Source: Actinomycetes bacterium (GTDB lineage Bacteria; Actinomycetota; Actinomycetes; Actinomycetales; Dermabacteraceae). From it: a stretch of DNA of 64,000 bases. Positions within the stretch are counted from its first letter, which is position 1. Each line of letters starts with the position of its first letter. Made by a program: the position numbers and the translations under genes. Below, piece after piece: positions 8,148 to 19,164 of this stretch. Location of the stretch: the NCBI GenBank assembly GCA_023389045.1, contig JAEWEZ010000014.1, forward strand, positions 7,772 through 71,771, read 5' to 3'. A model generated the notes under the pieces. The model was given only the letters and a program-made list of their open reading frames with translations, was not told where the DNA came from and did no database searches.

Positions 8148-10535
8148 TCAGGACACCGCGCCGCCCTTCCGGGCGATCCGCAGCCAGGTGTCCACCACGG
8201 TGTCGGGGTTCAGCGACATGGACGCGATGCCCTGCTCCACGAGCCACTCGGCCAGATCCGGGTGGTCCGAGGGGCCCTGACCACAAATGCCCACGTACTT
8301 GCCGTGGCGGCGACAGGCCTCAATCGCGTTCTTGAGCATGAACTTCACCGCGGGGTGACGCTCATCAAAGCGGTCGGCCACGAGGGAGGAGTCGCGGTCC
8401 AGGCCCAGGGTCAGCTGGGTCATGTCATTGGAGCCGATCGAGTAACCGTCGAAGTGCTCGAGGAACTCATCGGGGATCACGGCATTGGAGGGAACCTCGC
8501 ACATCATGACGACCTGCAGGCCGTTTTCGCCGCGGCGCAGTCCGTGGGAGGCGAGCAGGTCGATCACGGCCTTGCCTTCTTCGGGGGTGCGCACGAAGGG
8601 GATCATGATCTTGACGTTGTCGAGGCCCATGTCTTCGCGCACGTACCGCAGGGCTTCGCATTCCATGGCGAAGCAGTCGGCGAAGTCGGCGGAGAGGTAA
8701 CGCGAGGCCCCGCGGTAGCCGAGCATGGGGTTTTCCTCATGCGGTTCGTAGCGGTCGCCGCCCACGAGGTTCGCATACTCATTGGACTTGAAGTCGCTCA
8801 TCCGCACGATCACCGGGTTCGGCGCGAAGGCCGCGGCGATGGTCGAGACGCCTTCGGCCACACGCTGCACGAAGTATTCGCGCGGCCCGGCGTAGGCGCT
8901 GATGGTTTCGCGGATGCGCGCACCGAGTTCGGCGTCGTCCTTTTCCACGGCGTCGAGTTCGAGCAGGGCGCGCGGGTGGATTCCGATCTGGCGGTTGATG
9001 ATGAACTCGAGGCGGGCGAGGCCCACACCGGCGTTGGGGATCCGTGAGAAGGCGAAGGCCTGGTCGGGGGTGCCCACGTTCATCATGATCGCGGTGGGGA
9101 TCTCGGGCATCGCATCCACCTCGGAGGCGGTGACGGTGAACTCGAGGATCCCGTCGTACACGTAGCCGGTGTCGCCTTCGGCCGCGGAGACGGTCACTTC
9201 TTCGCCGTTCTTGAGGTCGGTGGTGGCGTTTCCGGTGCCGACCACGGCGGGAATCCCCAGCTCACGGGCGATGATCGCGGCGTGGCAGGTGCGGCCGCCA
9301 CGGTTGGTGACGATGGCGGCGGCGCGCTTCATGATCGGTTCCCAGTCGGGGTCGGTCATGTCGGCCACGAGCACTTCACCGGGCTGGAAGTCGTGCATCT
9401 GGTCGATGGATTCGAGCACGCGCACGGTGCCGGCGCCGATCTTGGCGCCGATTGCTCGGCCTTCGATCCGCACGGTTCCCTTGCTGACCAGGTGGTGCTT
9501 TTCGACGGTGGAGCCGGCGCGGGACTGCACGGTCTCGGGGCGTGCCTGCAGGATGTACAGCTTGCCGTCGGCCCCGTCGAGACCCCATTCGATATCCATG
9601 GGGCGCCCGTAGTGCTCTTCGATGATGAGCGCCTGGCGGGCGAGGTCTTCCACCTGTTCGTCGGTGATGGAGAGGCGGGCGCGTTCGGCGGGATCGGTGT
9701 CAACGAAGGCGGTGGTGCGTCCGACGGTGGTGTCGTCGGTGTACTGCATCTTCATCGCCTTGGAGCCGATGCCGCGCTTGAGGATGGAGGGGCGGCCTTC
9801 GCGCAGGTTCGGCTTGTACACGTAGAACTCGTCGGGGTTCACGGCGCCCTGCACGACGCCTTCGCCGAGGCCGTAGGCGCTGGTGATGAAGACGACGTCG
9901 TCGAAGCCGGATTCGGTGTCCACGGTGAACATCACGCCGGAGGAGCCGATATCGGAGCGCACCATTTTCTGCACGCCGGCGGAGAGGGCCACGGCGGCGT
10001 GTTCGAAGTTGTGGTGCACGCGGTAGGCGATGGCACGGTCGTTGTAGAGGGAGGCGAATACTTCGCGCACGGCGGTGAGCACGGCGTCGATGCCGCGCAC
10101 GTTGAGGAAGGTTTCCTGCTGGCCGGCGAAGGAGGCGTCGGGGAGGTCTTCGGCGGTCGCGGAGGAGCGCACGGCGAAGGAGGCTTCTTCTCCGGAGCCG
10201 GCGGCGAGTTTCTCGTAGGCGGCGCGGATGTCCTCTTCGAGGTCTGCCGGGAAGGGCTGGGAGATCACGAGGTCGCGGATGCGTTTGCCGGTCTCGGCGA
10301 GCGCCACGGTGTCGTCGGTGTCCAGGCCCTGCAGTTCCTGGTCGATGCGGTCGGCCAGGCCGGTGTCGCCGAGGAATCGGCGGTAGGCATCGGCGGTGGT
10401 GGCGAAGCCGTCGGGCACGTGCACTCCGAGCTTGGCCAAGTTGGAGATGAGCTCGCCGAGGGAGGCGTTCTTGCCTCCGACCTGGTCGAGGTCGGACATC
10501 CCGAGGTCCGAGTACCACTGGATGTTCTGCGTCAC
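8148..10535 (-). CDS. ppsA: Phosphoenolpyruvate synthase (pyruvate, water dikinase)
   Basis: [47 protein letters not shown] phospho-His motif, [18 protein letters not shown]. Confidence 0.98.
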   Translation of the reverse strand: MTQNIQWYSDLGMSDLDQVGGKNASLGELISNLAKLGVHVPDGFATTADAYRRFLGDTGLADRIDQELQGLDTDDTVALAETGKRIRDLVISQPFPADLEEDIRAAYEKLAAGSGEEASFAVRSSATAEDLPDASFAGQQETFLNVRGIDAVLTAVREVFASLYNDRAIAYRVHHNFEHAAVALSAGVQKMVRSDIGSSGVMFTVDTESGFDDVVFITSAYGLGEGVVQGAVNPDEFYVYKPNLREGRPSILKRGIGSKAMKMQYTDDTTVGRTTAFVDTDPAERARLSITDEQVEDLARQALIIEEHYGRPMDIEWGLDGADGKLYILQARPETVQSRAGSTVEKHHLVSKGTVRIEGRAIGAKIGAGTVRVLESIDQMHDFQPGEVLVADMTDPDWEPIMKRAAAIVTNRGGRTCHAAIIARELGIPAVVGTGNATTDLKNGEEVTVSAAEGDTGYVYDGILEFTVTASEVDAMPEIPTAIMMNVGTPDQAFAFSRIPNAGVGLARLEFIINRQIGIHPRALLELDAVEKDDAELGARIRETISAYAGPREYFVQRVAEGVSTIAAAFAPNPVIVRMSDFKSNEYANLVGGDRYEPHEENPMLGYRGASRYLSADFADCFAMECEALRYVREDMGLDNVKIMIPFVRTPEEGKAVIDLLASHGLRRGENGLQVVMMCEVPSNAVIPDEFLEHFDGYSIGSNDMTQLTLGLDRDSSLVADRFDERHPAVKFMLKNAIEACRRHGKYVGICGQGPSDHPDLAEWLVEQGIASMSLNPDTVVDTWLRIARKGGAVS

Positions 10536-10626
10536 GGTGACTCCTTCCGGCGGCGTCGATGCCGCCCGGTTCGATGGGCCCAGCGCTGGGGTCCCGATCG
10601 TGGTGTTGGGTGGTTGGGCGTGGTGG

Positions 10627-11538
10627 TCAGGGGGTTTTGGAGGGGATCTTGAGGGCTTGGAGGATCAGGGTGGACATTTCCTCAACGGACTTCGTCGAGG
10701 AGTCGACGAAGGGGATCCGATGGGTGTCGTAGAGGCGTCGGGCGCGGGAGAGTTCCCAGCGGGTCTGGTCGATGGAGGCGTAGCGGGAGTGGGGCCGACG
10801 TTCCTCGCGCACATCGGAGAGGCGCTGCGGGGAGGTGAGCAGCCCGAAGCATTTGGAGGAGAGGTGGCGGATGCCCATCGGCAGTACGCCGGCTTCGAAG
10901 TCTTCGTCGACCAGTGGATAGTTCGCGACGAACACGCCGTGCAGCAGCGCCAGGTACATGGAGGTGGGGGTTTTTCCGCAGCGTGAGGGCGCAATGATGA
11001 TGATGTCGGCCTTTTCGAGGGCACGCACGGATTGCCCGTCGTCGTGTTCGATCGCGAATTCCACGGCGGCCATCCGGCGGTTGTAGCGGGTTTGGTCGCT
11101 GACGGAGTGCAGACGGGCGGGTGCGTGGTCACCTGCGGTGCCGAGTTGTTTTTCGAGCTGTTCGAGGTGGCTGCCGAGCAGGTCGATCACGGGGGCGCGG
11201 GTGCGCAGCAGGACGTCGCGCACTTCGGCGTCGACGACGGTGAGGAACACGATCGGGGTGGCGGGGCCGTCCATGGCGGAGTTGAGCCGTGCGAGGGTCG
11301 CTTCGGCATCTTCCACGGTGCGCAGGAAGGGGATGAGCCGACGGTCGAAAGGGATCCCTTGGAACTGCGACAGGAGGGCGTTGCCCATGGTTTCGACGCT
11401 GATGCCGGTGGAGTCGGAGACGAAGTACACGGGCACGGGGATACGGCCCGACGCGTCCACGGGAGCTGAGGGGACGTCCTCGGTCACGGGCTTAGCCGTC
11501 GTGGGCAGCGGCGGTGGAACCGGAAGCGATGGAGACAT
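10627..11538 (-). CDS. ppsR: PEP synthase regulatory protein (kinase/pyrophosphorylase, DUF299)
   Basis: [46 protein letters not shown]; adjacent to ppsA; start approximate. Confidence 0.93.
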   Translation of the reverse strand: MSPSLPVPPPLPTTAKPVTEDVPSAPVDASGRIPVPVYFVSDSTGISVETMGNALLSQFQGIPFDRRLIPFLRTVEDAEATLARLNSAMDGPATPIVFLTVVDAEVRDVLLRTRAPVIDLLGSHLEQLEKQLGTAGDHAPARLHSVSDQTRYNRRMAAVEFAIEHDDGQSVRALEKADIIIIAPSRCGKTPTSMYLALLHGVFVANYPLVDEDFEAGVLPMGIRHLSSKCFGLLTSPQRLSDVREERRPHSRYASIDQTRWELSRARRLYDTHRIPFVDSSTKSVEEMSTLILQALKIPSKTP

Positions 11539-11733
11539 GGGGACCTCTACCGTTGGCCCGCGGTGCGGGCGGAACACAACATCGTGCGCCGTACCAGGGT
11601 ATCTGTTCTCCGCCGGTTCGGGTGGGCAAATGGCCCGGTCAGGCCGGGTATCCGGACATGCGTGCGGATCGTTATACACGGGCGGCCCGCGCAGTGCTTG
11701 TTACTGCGCGGGCCGTGGTGTTTGCGGTCAGGA

Positions 11734-12405
11734 TCAGGCGTTGGCCTCGCGGTCGTCCCAGCGTGCCTGCACGAAGGCGGCGATCTCTCGCAGTTCGGCT
11801 TCGTCGATCCCGTGCCCCATGAAGTCGCGTCGTACCTCGGTGAGGGTGGTGTGTGCGGTCATGAACTCACGCACCATGGTTTCGCGGGCATGGTCGAACA
11901 GGGGGTCCATTCCGCCGTGCCCCCAGAAGGCGGGGGGCTTGACCTCGGCGAGGGCGTCGTCGCCCTCCATTGGGGCCGGGAAGGGCGCCCCGGAGAGCTG
12001 CACGATCCACTCCAGGGCCCGCGGGTTTCGACGTAGCAGCTGGAGGGCGAGGATGCCGCCCTGGGAAAAACCGATCGCGCCGACGACGGGGGCGCTCTGC
12101 GCTGCAATCCATTCTTCGACGGCGGCAGCGGAGGTTTGGATCTTCTCGGTGGCGCTGGGGTCGATATCGGATTCGAGCCAGGCGTAGCCCTGGACGTAGG
12201 CGTAGATCCCGCGCAGGGACACGTAGGCGAAGCCCGGCGGCAGGTAGGGCACGAGCCCGATGAGGTCTCGCTCATGGGAGCCGAGCCCGTGCAGCATCAG
12301 CACGATCGGCGCTTCGGGGTCGCGCGCGCCGTGACGGACCAGAGCGGCCTCGTCGATGCTGCGGTTGATGAGTTCGACGGGCGGGTTCATGGGCATCGCA
12401 GACAT
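11734..12405 (-). CDS. Phospholipase/carboxylesterase-type alpha/beta hydrolase
   Basis: LHGLGS, GFSQGG nucleophile elbow, HGGMDP, MGHGI; TAGGCT-N6-ATG leaderless start. Confidence 0.9.
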   Translation of the reverse strand: MSAMPMNPPVELINRSIDEAALVRHGARDPEAPIVLMLHGLGSHERDLIGLVPYLPPGFAYVSLRGIYAYVQGYAWLESDIDPSATEKIQTSAAAVEEWIAAQSAPVVGAIGFSQGGILALQLLRRNPRALEWIVQLSGAPFPAPMEGDDALAEVKPPAFWGHGGMDPLFDHARETMVREFMTAHTTLTEVRRDFMGHGIDEAELREIAAFVQARWDDREANA

Positions 12406-12624
12406 GCCTGGAGCCTACCTACGAGGGTGGTTATGTGGGCAGCCGCGCAGGTCAGACGAAGGTGCCGACGGGGCTAGGTCGAAAGTGCCGACGGGGGATT
12501 CGGGGACCGACGGTCGACGACCCCGTCGACGGTGTCTGAAACCCCGGCCACCTGCAGTGATCCGCGATCCGATCGTGACCTTCTCCGCTTTCTCCTCAGG
12601 GTGTGGAAAAGGCATGATTATCTG

Positions 12625-12639
12625 TGATAACGATTCTCA
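12625..12639. promoter_or_regulatory. Putative Zur (Fur-family) box
   Basis: TGATAACGATTCTCA is a near 7-1-7 inverted repeat resembling actinobacterial Zur sites, about 50 bp upstream of a metal ABC operon. Confidence 0.7.
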
Positions 12640-12690
12640 TGTGTGGACTTTTCCCGCACCCTCACCCTCAACCCTGGAAAGGGACTCACC

Positions 12691-14625
12691 ATGCAGTCTT
12701 CCGCCCGTAACCACGTCACCGGGCGCGGTCGGCGTTTCCTGCCGCTGGCTACCGCCGCGGCCGTGATCGCAGCCGGGATGGTGCTCCCGTCGGCAGCCAT
12801 CGCCGGCCCGCACTCCGGACTCTCCCCCGCCGCTCCGTCGGTCGGCGTTGTCGCCCCCGCCGCCCCCTCGGATAACGTCAAGGACATCCTCATCCTCGAG
12901 GAAGGCCACGTCGATGCCTTCAACGTGCTGTACGAGAAGGGCAAGCTCGTCCTCACCCTCAAGGAGGATGTGACCGGCTCGCATGTGCTGCAGAACCCCG
13001 AGAAGGTCGAGATGCACGTGAAGAGCGCAGCTCTTCGCGAGATCCCCAAGGGCTTCCCGGGCGAAGGCAAGAACTACTTCCTGCCCCAGACCCAGGATCA
13101 CAACCTGCTCTGGCCGGGCTGGGACACCCTGAGCACCACTCCGGGTAAGAAGGACGGCCTCTCCGAGCACATCGACATCGAGTTTACCGAGGTCGAGGGC
13201 CCCGGCAAGATCCTCCTGTTCGAGAGCGGTTGGGCTGGCGCCTCCCCGATGCTCAAGGGCGGCAAGTACGAGGTCAAGACTGGCGCTGTGCGCGAGCAGA
13301 CCTTCCCCGCTCACACCCACGCCAACTGGGTGTTCACCAAGCCCGGCATCTACAAGCTGAAGGTGCGCGCCACCGGCAGCCTCAAGGGCAAGAAGATCTC
13401 CACCGAGACCCTGACCTACACCATCACCGTCGGTGATGAGTTCCGCGGTAAAGGCCACAAGACCGAGGAGCCGGCACCCACCCCGCCGCCTTCGGAGGAG
13501 CCGACTGAGCAGCCCACCGAGAAGCCCAAGCCGACCGAGAAGCCGAAGCCGACCGAGAAGCCCAAGCCGACGGAGAAGCCGAAGCCTGCTCCGTCCCAGC
13601 CGGCGCCCTCGCAGCCTGCACCGCCGGCCCCGAAGGAGCCTGAGGCTCCGGCGGAGCCCGTCTGCAAGCCCACCCAGGTGATCCGCGACGCCACCAAGGA
13701 TGAGATCGCCTCTGCCCTCGCCGGTATGGAGAGCACCACGGGCGGGAAGCGCACGGTCAGCGGCTCCCACACCATTCCTCGGATGGCGCATGTGCACCCC
13801 AACTGGGTCTTCACCAAGCCCGGCACCTACAAGGTGAGCATCCGCATCTCCGGCACCCTGAAGAACGGCAAGAAGGTCTCTGACACGACCACCCTGACCT
13901 TCAACGTCGGTAATGGCGCCCGCGGTATCTCCTCGGGTCACTTCGACCTCGGCGCCCGCCTCGAGGGTGGCAAGCTCGTTGCCTCGATGAAGGACGACCG
14001 TAAGGCTCCGGCCGTCTGGGTGAACCCCTCCTCCACCCCCTTCGCCGTGGGTAGCGCCGGCCACCTCAAGGCTCCCGCCGGTATCGAGTTCGTGGCCCCC
14101 AAGGGCTCCGATGTCTGGATGATCGGCAGCTCCCAGGTGCCGAACATTCCGTGGGTGGGCACCAACTCCATGCACGAGTCCATCGCCAACGGCACCACCG
14201 GTGCGCTGACCATGCAGCTCGTGGGCGTTCGCGGCCCGGGCAGCCTGGCTGTGTTCGAGTCCGGCAACTTCGGCACCATCGTTGGTAAGCGCTGGTTCAC
14301 CTCGACCGTCACCGCCCCCAAGACCGTGAAGGTCAACCCGGGCGACATCTCCAAGATCAAGCGCACCGAGAAGGAAGCCAAGGTGGGCCAGGTCTTCGTG
14401 GCGGGCGGCAAGGCCAAGATCAAGGAGATCGTGGGCCGCACCCCCGAGGGTGACGCTTGCGAGCTGCCCGAAGGTCTGCTGGGCTCCGGCAAGGCCGGTG
14501 GCTCCAACGGCTCCGGTGGCAGCCTTGCCCGCACCGGTACCAACGCCTCCACCATGGGTATCGTCGCGGCCCTGCTGATGGGCCTCGGCGGCGGCCTGGC
14601 TGTGCTGCGCAGGCGTTCTGCGTGA
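12691..14625 (+). CDS. Sortase-anchored surface protein with two actinobacterial anchored-repeat (TIGR03769/choice-of-anchor M-like) domains
   Basis: Signal peptide; GHVD...LPQTQ...WPGW...HTHANWVFTKPG and HVHPNWVFTKPG; PTEKPK linker repeats; LARTG plus TM plus RRRSA tail. Confidence 0.88.
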   Translation: MQSSARNHVTGRGRRFLPLATAAAVIAAGMVLPSAAIAGPHSGLSPAAPSVGVVAPAAPSDNVKDILILEEGHVDAFNVLYEKGKLVLTLKEDVTGSHVLQNPEKVEMHVKSAALREIPKGFPGEGKNYFLPQTQDHNLLWPGWDTLSTTPGKKDGLSEHIDIEFTEVEGPGKILLFESGWAGASPMLKGGKYEVKTGAVREQTFPAHTHANWVFTKPGIYKLKVRATGSLKGKKISTETLTYTITVGDEFRGKGHKTEEPAPTPPPSEEPTEQPTEKPKPTEKPKPTEKPKPTEKPKPAPSQPAPSQPAPPAPKEPEAPAEPVCKPTQVIRDATKDEIASALAGMESTTGGKRTVSGSHTIPRMAHVHPNWVFTKPGTYKVSIRISGTLKNGKKVSDTTTLTFNVGNGARGISSGHFDLGARLEGGKLVASMKDDRKAPAVWVNPSSTPFAVGSAGHLKAPAGIEFVAPKGSDVWMIGSSQVPNIPWVGTNSMHESIANGTTGALTMQLVGVRGPGSLAVFESGNFGTIVGKRWFTSTVTAPKTVKVNPGDISKIKRTEKEAKVGQVFVAGGKAKIKEIVGRTPEGDACELPEGLLGSGKAGGSNGSGGSLARTGTNASTMGIVAALLMGLGGGLAVLRRRSA

Positions 14626-14630
14626 ATCGA

Positions 14631-16190
14631 ATGAGCACCACCGCCCGGCGCACGCTGATTGCGTGCGCCGCGGCGGCGGCCCTCGCGGCGGGGATCATCC
14701 TCCCGGGCACCACAGCGGGCCCGGCGGGTGATCCCCGCCCGCAGGTCGTGACGACCACCGGCATCCTGCGCGATCTGGCTTCCCGTGTGGCGGGAGAGGA
14801 CGCAAAGGTCACTGCCCTTGTGCCCGACGGCGCCGACCCGCACTCCTTTGAGCCCACGCCCCGGGCTGCCCGAGACATCGCCTACGCGGACCTCGCCCTG
14901 TCCAACTACCTGATGTTGGAAGAGCAGTCCCTGATCCGCACGATCGACGCGAACCTCAGCCCGAATGCCAAGCATCTGGCGCTGGCGGAGGAAGCCTCAA
15001 CGCGCGGCGCCGAGATCATCCCGCTGGTTGAGAACCGCTCCCTGGATGCGGTGTGGCTCGGTCTGCGCGTGATCGAAGACCCCGCTGCCCCCCGTGACCG
15101 TCTGGCCCAAACCGAAATGCGCGCCACCCGGATCGACGGACCCGGCGCGTTCCACGGGTACGTGACCGGCACCTTCGGGCAGCCCCAGAGCATTTTTGAT
15201 TCCTCCGATGGGATCGATAAAAAAGACGCCACCCTCCTGCCCCAGGATGCCCATACGCATGTGAGCTGGGCCTTCACCAAGGCCGGGGTGTACCACGCCG
15301 AGATCGAGGCGCAGCGCGTCAACTCCGATGGCCCCACCCTGAGCGGCACCCTCGTGGTGGTCGCCGGCCAGGATCCGCGGGACATCCCCGAGCTGCAGGG
15401 CCGCACCGTTCTGGATGCCGGCCACGCGGACCTCACCGCAGACTTCGCTGAGAAGCGCATGGCCATGCGGGTGGACACCCTGGACGGCCCGCAGATGCTT
15501 GCCCTGGACGACATCGTGGTTCATGTGCCGCCCAAGGGCCTGCTGCCCGTGCCCTCCGATCCGGCCTTCCGCTTCATTGCCCGCCCCGGCAGTGACGTCT
15601 ACCAGTTGCCGCAGGCGGTGCTGGGCCGTCACGTGCACGGCGAGATCGACCCGCACCTGTGGCAGGACGTGACCAACGCCCAGGCCTACGTCGAGGTCAT
15701 CCGCGACAACCTGATCGCGATCGACCCGGAGCACCGTGCGGGATACACCCAGCGTGCCGAGGCCTACCTGCGGGAGCTCGATGAGGTGGACGCCTACGTG
15801 AAGTCCGCCATCGACTCGATCCCCGAGAAGAACCGGCACCTGGTCACCACCCACGACGCTTACGGCTACCTCGCCAAGCGGTACGGCATGGACGTTGCCG
15901 GCACCGTCTCCCCCGCCCCCGGGCAGGAACCGTCGATCGCTGACCGTCGCCGTCTGGCCACCACCCTGCGGGACCTCAACGTTCCCGCCGTGTTCGTCGA
16001 GCAGACTGCCGGACCCGCCTCCGACTCCCTGACCGACGCCGCTGCTCTTGCCGATGTGAAGGTCTGCCCGATCTGGGGCGATGCCTTCAGCGAGCACGTC
16101 ACGACCTATGCGGACATGATGCGCGCGAACGCCGACACTCTCGCGCGCTGCCTCGGCGGGAAACCCGCCGGGCATCATGACCGCGTCTGA
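14631..16190 (+). CDS. Anchored-repeat metal ABC transporter substrate-binding protein (ZnuA-like with an inserted repeat domain)
   Basis: DPHSFEP, HTHVSWAFTKAG insertion, HVHGEIDPHLW, TTHDAYGY. Confidence 0.9.
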   Translation: MSTTARRTLIACAAAAALAAGIILPGTTAGPAGDPRPQVVTTTGILRDLASRVAGEDAKVTALVPDGADPHSFEPTPRAARDIAYADLALSNYLMLEEQSLIRTIDANLSPNAKHLALAEEASTRGAEIIPLVENRSLDAVWLGLRVIEDPAAPRDRLAQTEMRATRIDGPGAFHGYVTGTFGQPQSIFDSSDGIDKKDATLLPQDAHTHVSWAFTKAGVYHAEIEAQRVNSDGPTLSGTLVVVAGQDPRDIPELQGRTVLDAGHADLTADFAEKRMAMRVDTLDGPQMLALDDIVVHVPPKGLLPVPSDPAFRFIARPGSDVYQLPQAVLGRHVHGEIDPHLWQDVTNAQAYVEVIRDNLIAIDPEHRAGYTQRAEAYLRELDEVDAYVKSAIDSIPEKNRHLVTTHDAYGYLAKRYGMDVAGTVSPAPGQEPSIADRRRLATTLRDLNVPAVFVEQTAGPASDSLTDAAALADVKVCPIWGDAFSEHVTTYADMMRANADTLARCLGGKPAGHHDRV

Positions 16191-16217
16191 CCCTTCCACC
16201 TGTTCAGGAGAACACCC

Positions 16218-17315
16218 ATGAAGTCTTCGATCACCGTCTCCCGACGGGGCCTCGTGCTGGGCACCGCCGGTCTGACCGGCGCCCTCGCCGCGAGCGGCCT
16301 CACCGCTCCCGTCGCGCATGCCGAACCCTCCGATGAGCCGAGTAAGGATCCCGCGCTCGAGCAGACCGTCGAGGAGAACGAAAAGTTCGTCAAGGGCGAG
16401 CCGGCCCTGCTCGACGCGGGCCACGTGGACCTCGGCCCCCGTCTGATCGATGGTGAGTGGATTGCTGCCGCCCGCGACGACTCCCAGGCCCCGCCGGTGT
16501 GGCGTCTGCTCGAAGACATCGTCTTCCAGGTGCACGACAAGGGCATCCTGACGCTGCCGGAGGATCCGGTGTACGGCTTCACCGGCGCCAAACCGGGTGA
16601 GCAGGTGTGGGCGATCCCGCAGGTCGAGATTGCCGGCGTGGTCTGGCTCGGCTGGAGCACCCAGGATCCCAACGTCGTCAATGCCAATCTGCGCGGCATG
16701 ACCCTGCGCTTCCACAGCATCCAGGGCCCCGGCCTGATGAGCCTGTTCCTGCAGCCGGGCAACTTCGCACCGCCGCAGCTGCTGGTGGACCCCAAGGGTG
16801 AGTTCCCGCAGGACATGTTCGCCGAGATCAACACGCACGTGCACGCCAACTGGGTGTTCACCAAGCCCGGCGTGTACCTCGCCGACCTCGAGTTCCACGC
16901 TGAGGACAACAAGGGCAAGGTGTACAGCGCCTCCACGACCATGCGTTTCTCCGTGGGCGATCAGACCTCCCCCGATGAGGCTCGCGAGGCCACCTGGGCA
17001 GACGGTAAGGGCCCCGAGGCTCGCGCTGCTGCCGCCGGTGGGAACGCCGGTGGAAAGTCCGACGGTGGTGGCGCCACCGGTGGCAGCACCGGTGGCAACG
17101 GTGAGAAGGGCGCGAAGGGCAACGCCCAGGCCGAGGAGAAGAAGGAAGGCGCCGGCACCACCGCGCTGCTGGTCGGTGGCGGAATCGCGGCCGTCGCTGC
17201 GATCGGCGGTGGCGCCTTCGCACTCTCCCAGCGCAAGCGCAATGCTGCGGCGGAGGACGCCGCCTGGGGTGAGAACTCCTCCGAGGGCGGCAACGCCGAG
17301 GGAAGCGAGCGATGA
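16218..17315 (+). CDS. Anchored-repeat ABC-associated membrane-anchored protein (choice-of-anchor M-like)
   Basis: Tat-like SRRGLV signal, GHVDLGP, HVHANWVFTKPG, C-terminal TM segment. Confidence 0.85.
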   Translation: MKSSITVSRRGLVLGTAGLTGALAASGLTAPVAHAEPSDEPSKDPALEQTVEENEKFVKGEPALLDAGHVDLGPRLIDGEWIAAARDDSQAPPVWRLLEDIVFQVHDKGILTLPEDPVYGFTGAKPGEQVWAIPQVEIAGVVWLGWSTQDPNVVNANLRGMTLRFHSIQGPGLMSLFLQPGNFAPPQLLVDPKGEFPQDMFAEINTHVHANWVFTKPGVYLADLEFHAEDNKGKVYSASTTMRFSVGDQTSPDEAREATWADGKGPEARAAAAGGNAGGKSDGGGATGGSTGGNGEKGAKGNAQAEEKKEGAGTTALLVGGGIAAVAAIGGGAFALSQRKRNAAAEDAAWGENSSEGGNAEGSER

Positions 17316-18103
17316 GCGCAGGCATCGAGCCCGCCGCGAGCACTGAGCAGGCGGCATCCGCCCCGGTCTCCACGACCGCGGAAGCTCCGCTGCAGGCGGA
17401 AGGGATCGCCGTGGACCTTGGCGGTCGCCGAGTGCTGCGCGATGTGAACATCCGCGTGGAGGCCGGTCGGATCCACACCCTGCTCGGACCCAATGGCGCC
17501 GGTAAAACCACCCTCGTGCGCACCCTGCTGGGCCTGCAGAAGCCCGCCGCAGGGCGCGTGCGGACCGTCGGGCGCCTCGGCTACGTGCCGCAGCGCACCG
17601 ATATGGACTGGGACTTCCCGGTGACGGCGCAGGACGTCGTGCTGCTCGGGCTGGTGCGCAGCATTAGCCGTTTCCGCGGCCCTCGCAAGGAGCATCACGA
17701 AGCGGTTGCGCGCGCCCTGAAAACGGTTCGTCTGGCCGATCTGCGTCACCGCCCCATCGGCGAAATGTCCGGTGGTCAGCGTCAGCGTGTGCTGATCGCC
17801 CGGGCCCTGGCCCAGGGGCCGTCGGCGCTGCTGCTCGACGAGCCGTTCACGGGCCTGGATATGCCCTCGCAGGAGCTGCTGTCGGATCTGTTCCGGACGC
17901 TCGCCTCGCAGGGCTGCGCCGTGCTGATGTCCACCCACGACCTCACGCACGCCCTGGATATCGCTGACCGCGTGACCCTGCTGAACCGCACGGTGATCGC
18001 GGATGCCGGCCCGCATGAGCTGACCGACCCCGAGCCCTGGATGCGCACCTTCGAGGTGACCGAGCGCTCGCCCCTTCTGCGCCAGGTTGGCGCCGTCGTC
18101 TGA
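17312..18103 (+). CDS. Metal ABC transporter ATP-binding protein
   Basis: GPNGAGKTT, MSGGQRQR, LLLDEPF, THDL. Confidence 0.95.
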   Translation: MSAGIEPAASTEQAASAPVSTTAEAPLQAEGIAVDLGGRRVLRDVNIRVEAGRIHTLLGPNGAGKTTLVRTLLGLQKPAAGRVRTVGRLGYVPQRTDMDWDFPVTAQDVVLLGLVRSISRFRGPRKEHHEAVARALKTVRLADLRHRPIGEMSGGQRQRVLIARALAQGPSALLLDEPFTGLDMPSQELLSDLFRTLASQGCAVLMSTHDLTHALDIADRVTLLNRTVIADAGPHELTDPEPWMRTFEVTERSPLLRQVGAVV

Positions 18104-18155
18104 GCGGATCTGCCGCCCCACCCGCCCCGTCCGCTCCCGTCACGAGAGAGACCCC

Positions 18156-19076
18156 GTGCTCACCCCCCTCGACTTCCTGAACGACCTGACCAACCCGCTG
18201 TTGGTCTTCCTGCCCAAGGCGCTGTTCGTCTCGGTGCTCAGCGCGCTGGTGTGTGCCGTCGTCGGCACCCACGTGGTGCTGCGCGGCATGACCTTCATCG
18301 GTGACGCCGTGGCGCACGCCGTGTTCCCCGGTATCGCCGTGGCCTTCGTGCTGCAGGGTTCCCTGCTGCTCGGTGGCGTGATCGCCGGTGTGCTCACCGC
18401 CGTGCTGATCGCCCTCTTTGGGCAGCATCGGCGGCTGCGTGAGGACAGCGTGATCGGCGTGTTCTTCGTGGCCGCCTTCGCCCTCGGCATCGTGATCATG
18501 TCGCGCGCGCCCGGCTATGCCGGCTCGCTGCAGTCCTTCCTCTTCGGTTCGATCACCGGTATTCCCGACGGCACCCTGGTGCTTTCTGCGGTGTTCGCCG
18601 CGGGCGTGCTCCTGGTGCTGATGTTCATGCATCGCGACCTGGTCGCGGTGGGTATGGACCGCGGTTATGCGGCGGCGATCGGTCTGCCGGTGCTTATGCT
18701 CGATGTGCTTCTCAGCGTGCTGGTCACGCTCGCGGTGGTCATGAGTATTCAGACCATCGGCAACATCCTGGTGATCGCCCTGCTGGTGACCCCGGCGGCG
18801 ACGGCGCGTCTGCTCACCGAGCGGGTGGTGCCGATGATGGCTCTGGCGGCAACCACGGGTGCGGTGAGCGCGGTGCTTGGCATCTACCTGTCGTGGTCTT
18901 TGGACCTGCCGACGGGCGGCACCATCGTGCTCGTGACCACCCTGCTGTTCGTGCTGGCCTGGCTGCTGAGCCCGCGGCACGGGGTACTGCGGATGCTGAT
19001 GTCCGGGCGTCGCGCCTCGGTGAAGGTCAGCGATGATGCGCCGAAGCCGGAGGCTGCTGCCGCGCCTGTGGCTTGA
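18156..19076 (+). CDS. Metal ABC transporter permease (ZnuB family)
   Basis: FIGDAVAHAVFPG, REDSVIG, SFLFGSI, LVTPAATARL; multiple TM segments; GTG start chosen. Confidence 0.93.
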   Translation: MLTPLDFLNDLTNPLLVFLPKALFVSVLSALVCAVVGTHVVLRGMTFIGDAVAHAVFPGIAVAFVLQGSLLLGGVIAGVLTAVLIALFGQHRRLREDSVIGVFFVAAFALGIVIMSRAPGYAGSLQSFLFGSITGIPDGTLVLSAVFAAGVLLVLMFMHRDLVAVGMDRGYAAAIGLPVLMLDVLLSVLVTLAVVMSIQTIGNILVIALLVTPAATARLLTERVVPMMALAATTGAVSAVLGIYLSWSLDLPTGGTIVLVTTLLFVLAWLLSPRHGVLRMLMSGRRASVKVSDDAPKPEAAAAPVA

Positions 19077-19164
19077 GGTGGCTGTGGGCTGAGGTGCTGC
19101 GGGCTGAGGACCCTGGCCCGAGGTGCCCCGATGTACGCGGGCCACTCCAGCACCGCCGTGCCGC

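Noticed and set aside
13495..13590. 18-bp tandem repeats (PTEKPK)
   Set aside because: Ordinary Pro-rich wall-spanning linker of the surface protein.
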